NCBI GenBank assembly: GCA_002269645.1
Contig: NIVC01002235.1
Span: 62,001-126,000, forward strand
Length of the DNA: 64,000 bases
Origin: Macrostomum lignano
Taxonomy: Eukaryota
Direction of reading: 5' to 3'
A program made the translations under genes and the position numbers. The notes under the pieces were generated by a model. That model saw only the letters and a program-made list of their open reading frames with translations, was not told the DNA's origin and did not search any database. Of the stretch, positions 62,649-64,000 are shown one piece after another (positions within the stretch are counted from its first letter, which is position 1; every line of letters starts with the position of its first letter).

Positions 62649-64000
62649 CTCAGTTGCTGGGCCAGCATCCCAGATCCTCAGTTGCTGGGCCAGCATCCCA
62701 GATCCTCAGTTGCTGGGCCAGCATTCCAGATCCACAGTTGCTGGGCTAGCCTCCCAGAGGGTCAGTTGCTGGGCCAGCCTCCCAGAGGGTCAGTTGGTGG
62801 GCCAGCCTCCCAGATCCTCAGTTGCTGGGCCAGCCTCCCAGAGTGTCAGTTGCTGGGCCAGCATCCCAGAGGGTCAGTTGCTGGGCCAGCCTCCCAGATC
62901 CTCAGTTGCTGGGCCAGCCTCCCAGATCCTCAGTTGCTGGGCCAGGCTCCTAGATCCTCAGTTGCTGGGCTAGCCTCCCAGAGTGTCAGTTGCTGGGCCA
63001 GCCTCCCAGATCCTCAGTTGCTGGGCCAGCCTCCCAGAGTGTCAGTTGCTGGGCCAGCTTCCCAGATCCTCAGTTGCTGGGCCAGCCTCCCAGAGTGTCA
63101 GTTGCTGGGACAGCATCCCAGAGGGTCAGTTGCTGGGCCAGCCTCCCAGATCCTCAGTTGCTGGGCCAGCCTCACAGAGTGTCAGTTGCTGGGCCAGCCT
63201 CCCAGAGTGTCAGTTGCTGGGCCAGCCTCCCAGATCCTCAGTTGCTGGGCCAGCCTCACAGATCCTCAGTTGCTGGGCCAGCCTCCCAGATCCTCAGTTG
63301 CTTGGCTAGCCTCCCAGATCCTCAGTTGGTGGGCCAGCCTCCCAGAGTGTCAGTTGCTGGGCCAGCATCCCAGAGGGTCAGTTGCTGGGCCAGCCTCCCA
63401 GATCCTCAGTTGCTGGGCCAGCCTCCCAGATCCCCAGTTGCTGGGCCAGCCTTTTAGATCCTCAGTTGCTGGGCCAGCCTCCCAGATCCTCAGTTGCTGG
63501 GCCAGCCTCCCAGATCCTCAGTTGCTGGGCCAGCCTCTTAGATCCTCGGTTGCTGGGCCAGCCTCCCAGAGGGTCAGTTGCTGGACAAGCCTCCCAGATC
63601 CTCAGTTGCTGGTCCAACCTCCCAGATGCTCAGTTGCTAGGCCAGCCTCCCAGAGGGTCAGTTGCTGGGCCAGCCTCCCAGAGGGTCAGCTGCTGGACAA
63701 GCCTCCCAGATCCTCAGTTGCTGGGCCAGCCTCACAGAGTGTCAGTTGCTGGGCCAGCCTCCCAGATCCTCAGTTGCTGGGCCAGCCTCCCAGATCCTCA
63801 GTTGCTGGGCCAGCCTCCCAGAGGGTCAGTTGCTGGACAAGCCTCCCAGATCCTCAGTTGCTGGGCCAGCCTCACAGAGTGTCAGTTGCTGGGCCAGCCT
63901 CCCAGATCCTCAGTTGCTGGGCCAGCCTCCCAGATCCTCAGTTGCTGGGCCAGCCTCCCAGAGGGTCAGTTGCTGGACAAGCCTCCCAGATCCTCAGTTG
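62649..64000. repeat. 28-bp satellite, array 3 (continues beyond the window; split from 58163-58218 by the Gypsy insertion)
   Basis: Same unit; the CTCAG TSD is part of the satellite unit. Confidence 0.96.

Overview
This is a repeat-rich animal genomic window. GC-rich, Ala/Gly/Gln-rich exons and minisatellite-filled introns suggest a free-living flatworm such as Macrostomum; that assignment is inference only. (1) 406-23870 (+) holds the 3' 16 coding exons (about 2455 aa, every splice phase consistent) of BLTP1/KIAA1109 (Tweek/LPD-3/Csf1 family bridge-like lipid transfer protein), ending in the conserved IPKWxQRGxMD C-terminus. (2) 28971-37192 (+) is a 4-exon gene for a roughly 1336-aa alpha-helical/TPR-like protein. 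(3) 39.0-40.4 kb is a patchwork: a degenerate myosin-motor fragment, a SINE, a hAT-like MITE and a twice-frameshifted ALK/LTK-type glycine-rich domain exon. (4) 41-48 kb contains a 3.3-kb non-autonomous CACTA/EnSpm-like element, a Merlin/ISXO2-like transposase relic and a diverged local duplication. (5) 49356-52211 (+) is a 5-exon gene of about 360 aa, only fragmentarily visible in the ORF track, with two copies of a domain I cannot identify; both copies are split by an intron at the same position and phase. (6) 57377-57829 is an intronless TBCA gene. (7) 58219-62648 (-) is a decayed Ty3/Gypsy element with both LTRs, PBS, PPT and a CTCAG target-site duplication, inserted into a 28-bp satellite. 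Most introns carry their own distinct tandem-repeat family, and a 15-bp quasi-palindrome (GCCGATATGTATCGA) recurs next to splice sites. Most long ORFs in the track are repeat artefacts. Protein and element family calls come from motif recall, not from database searches.
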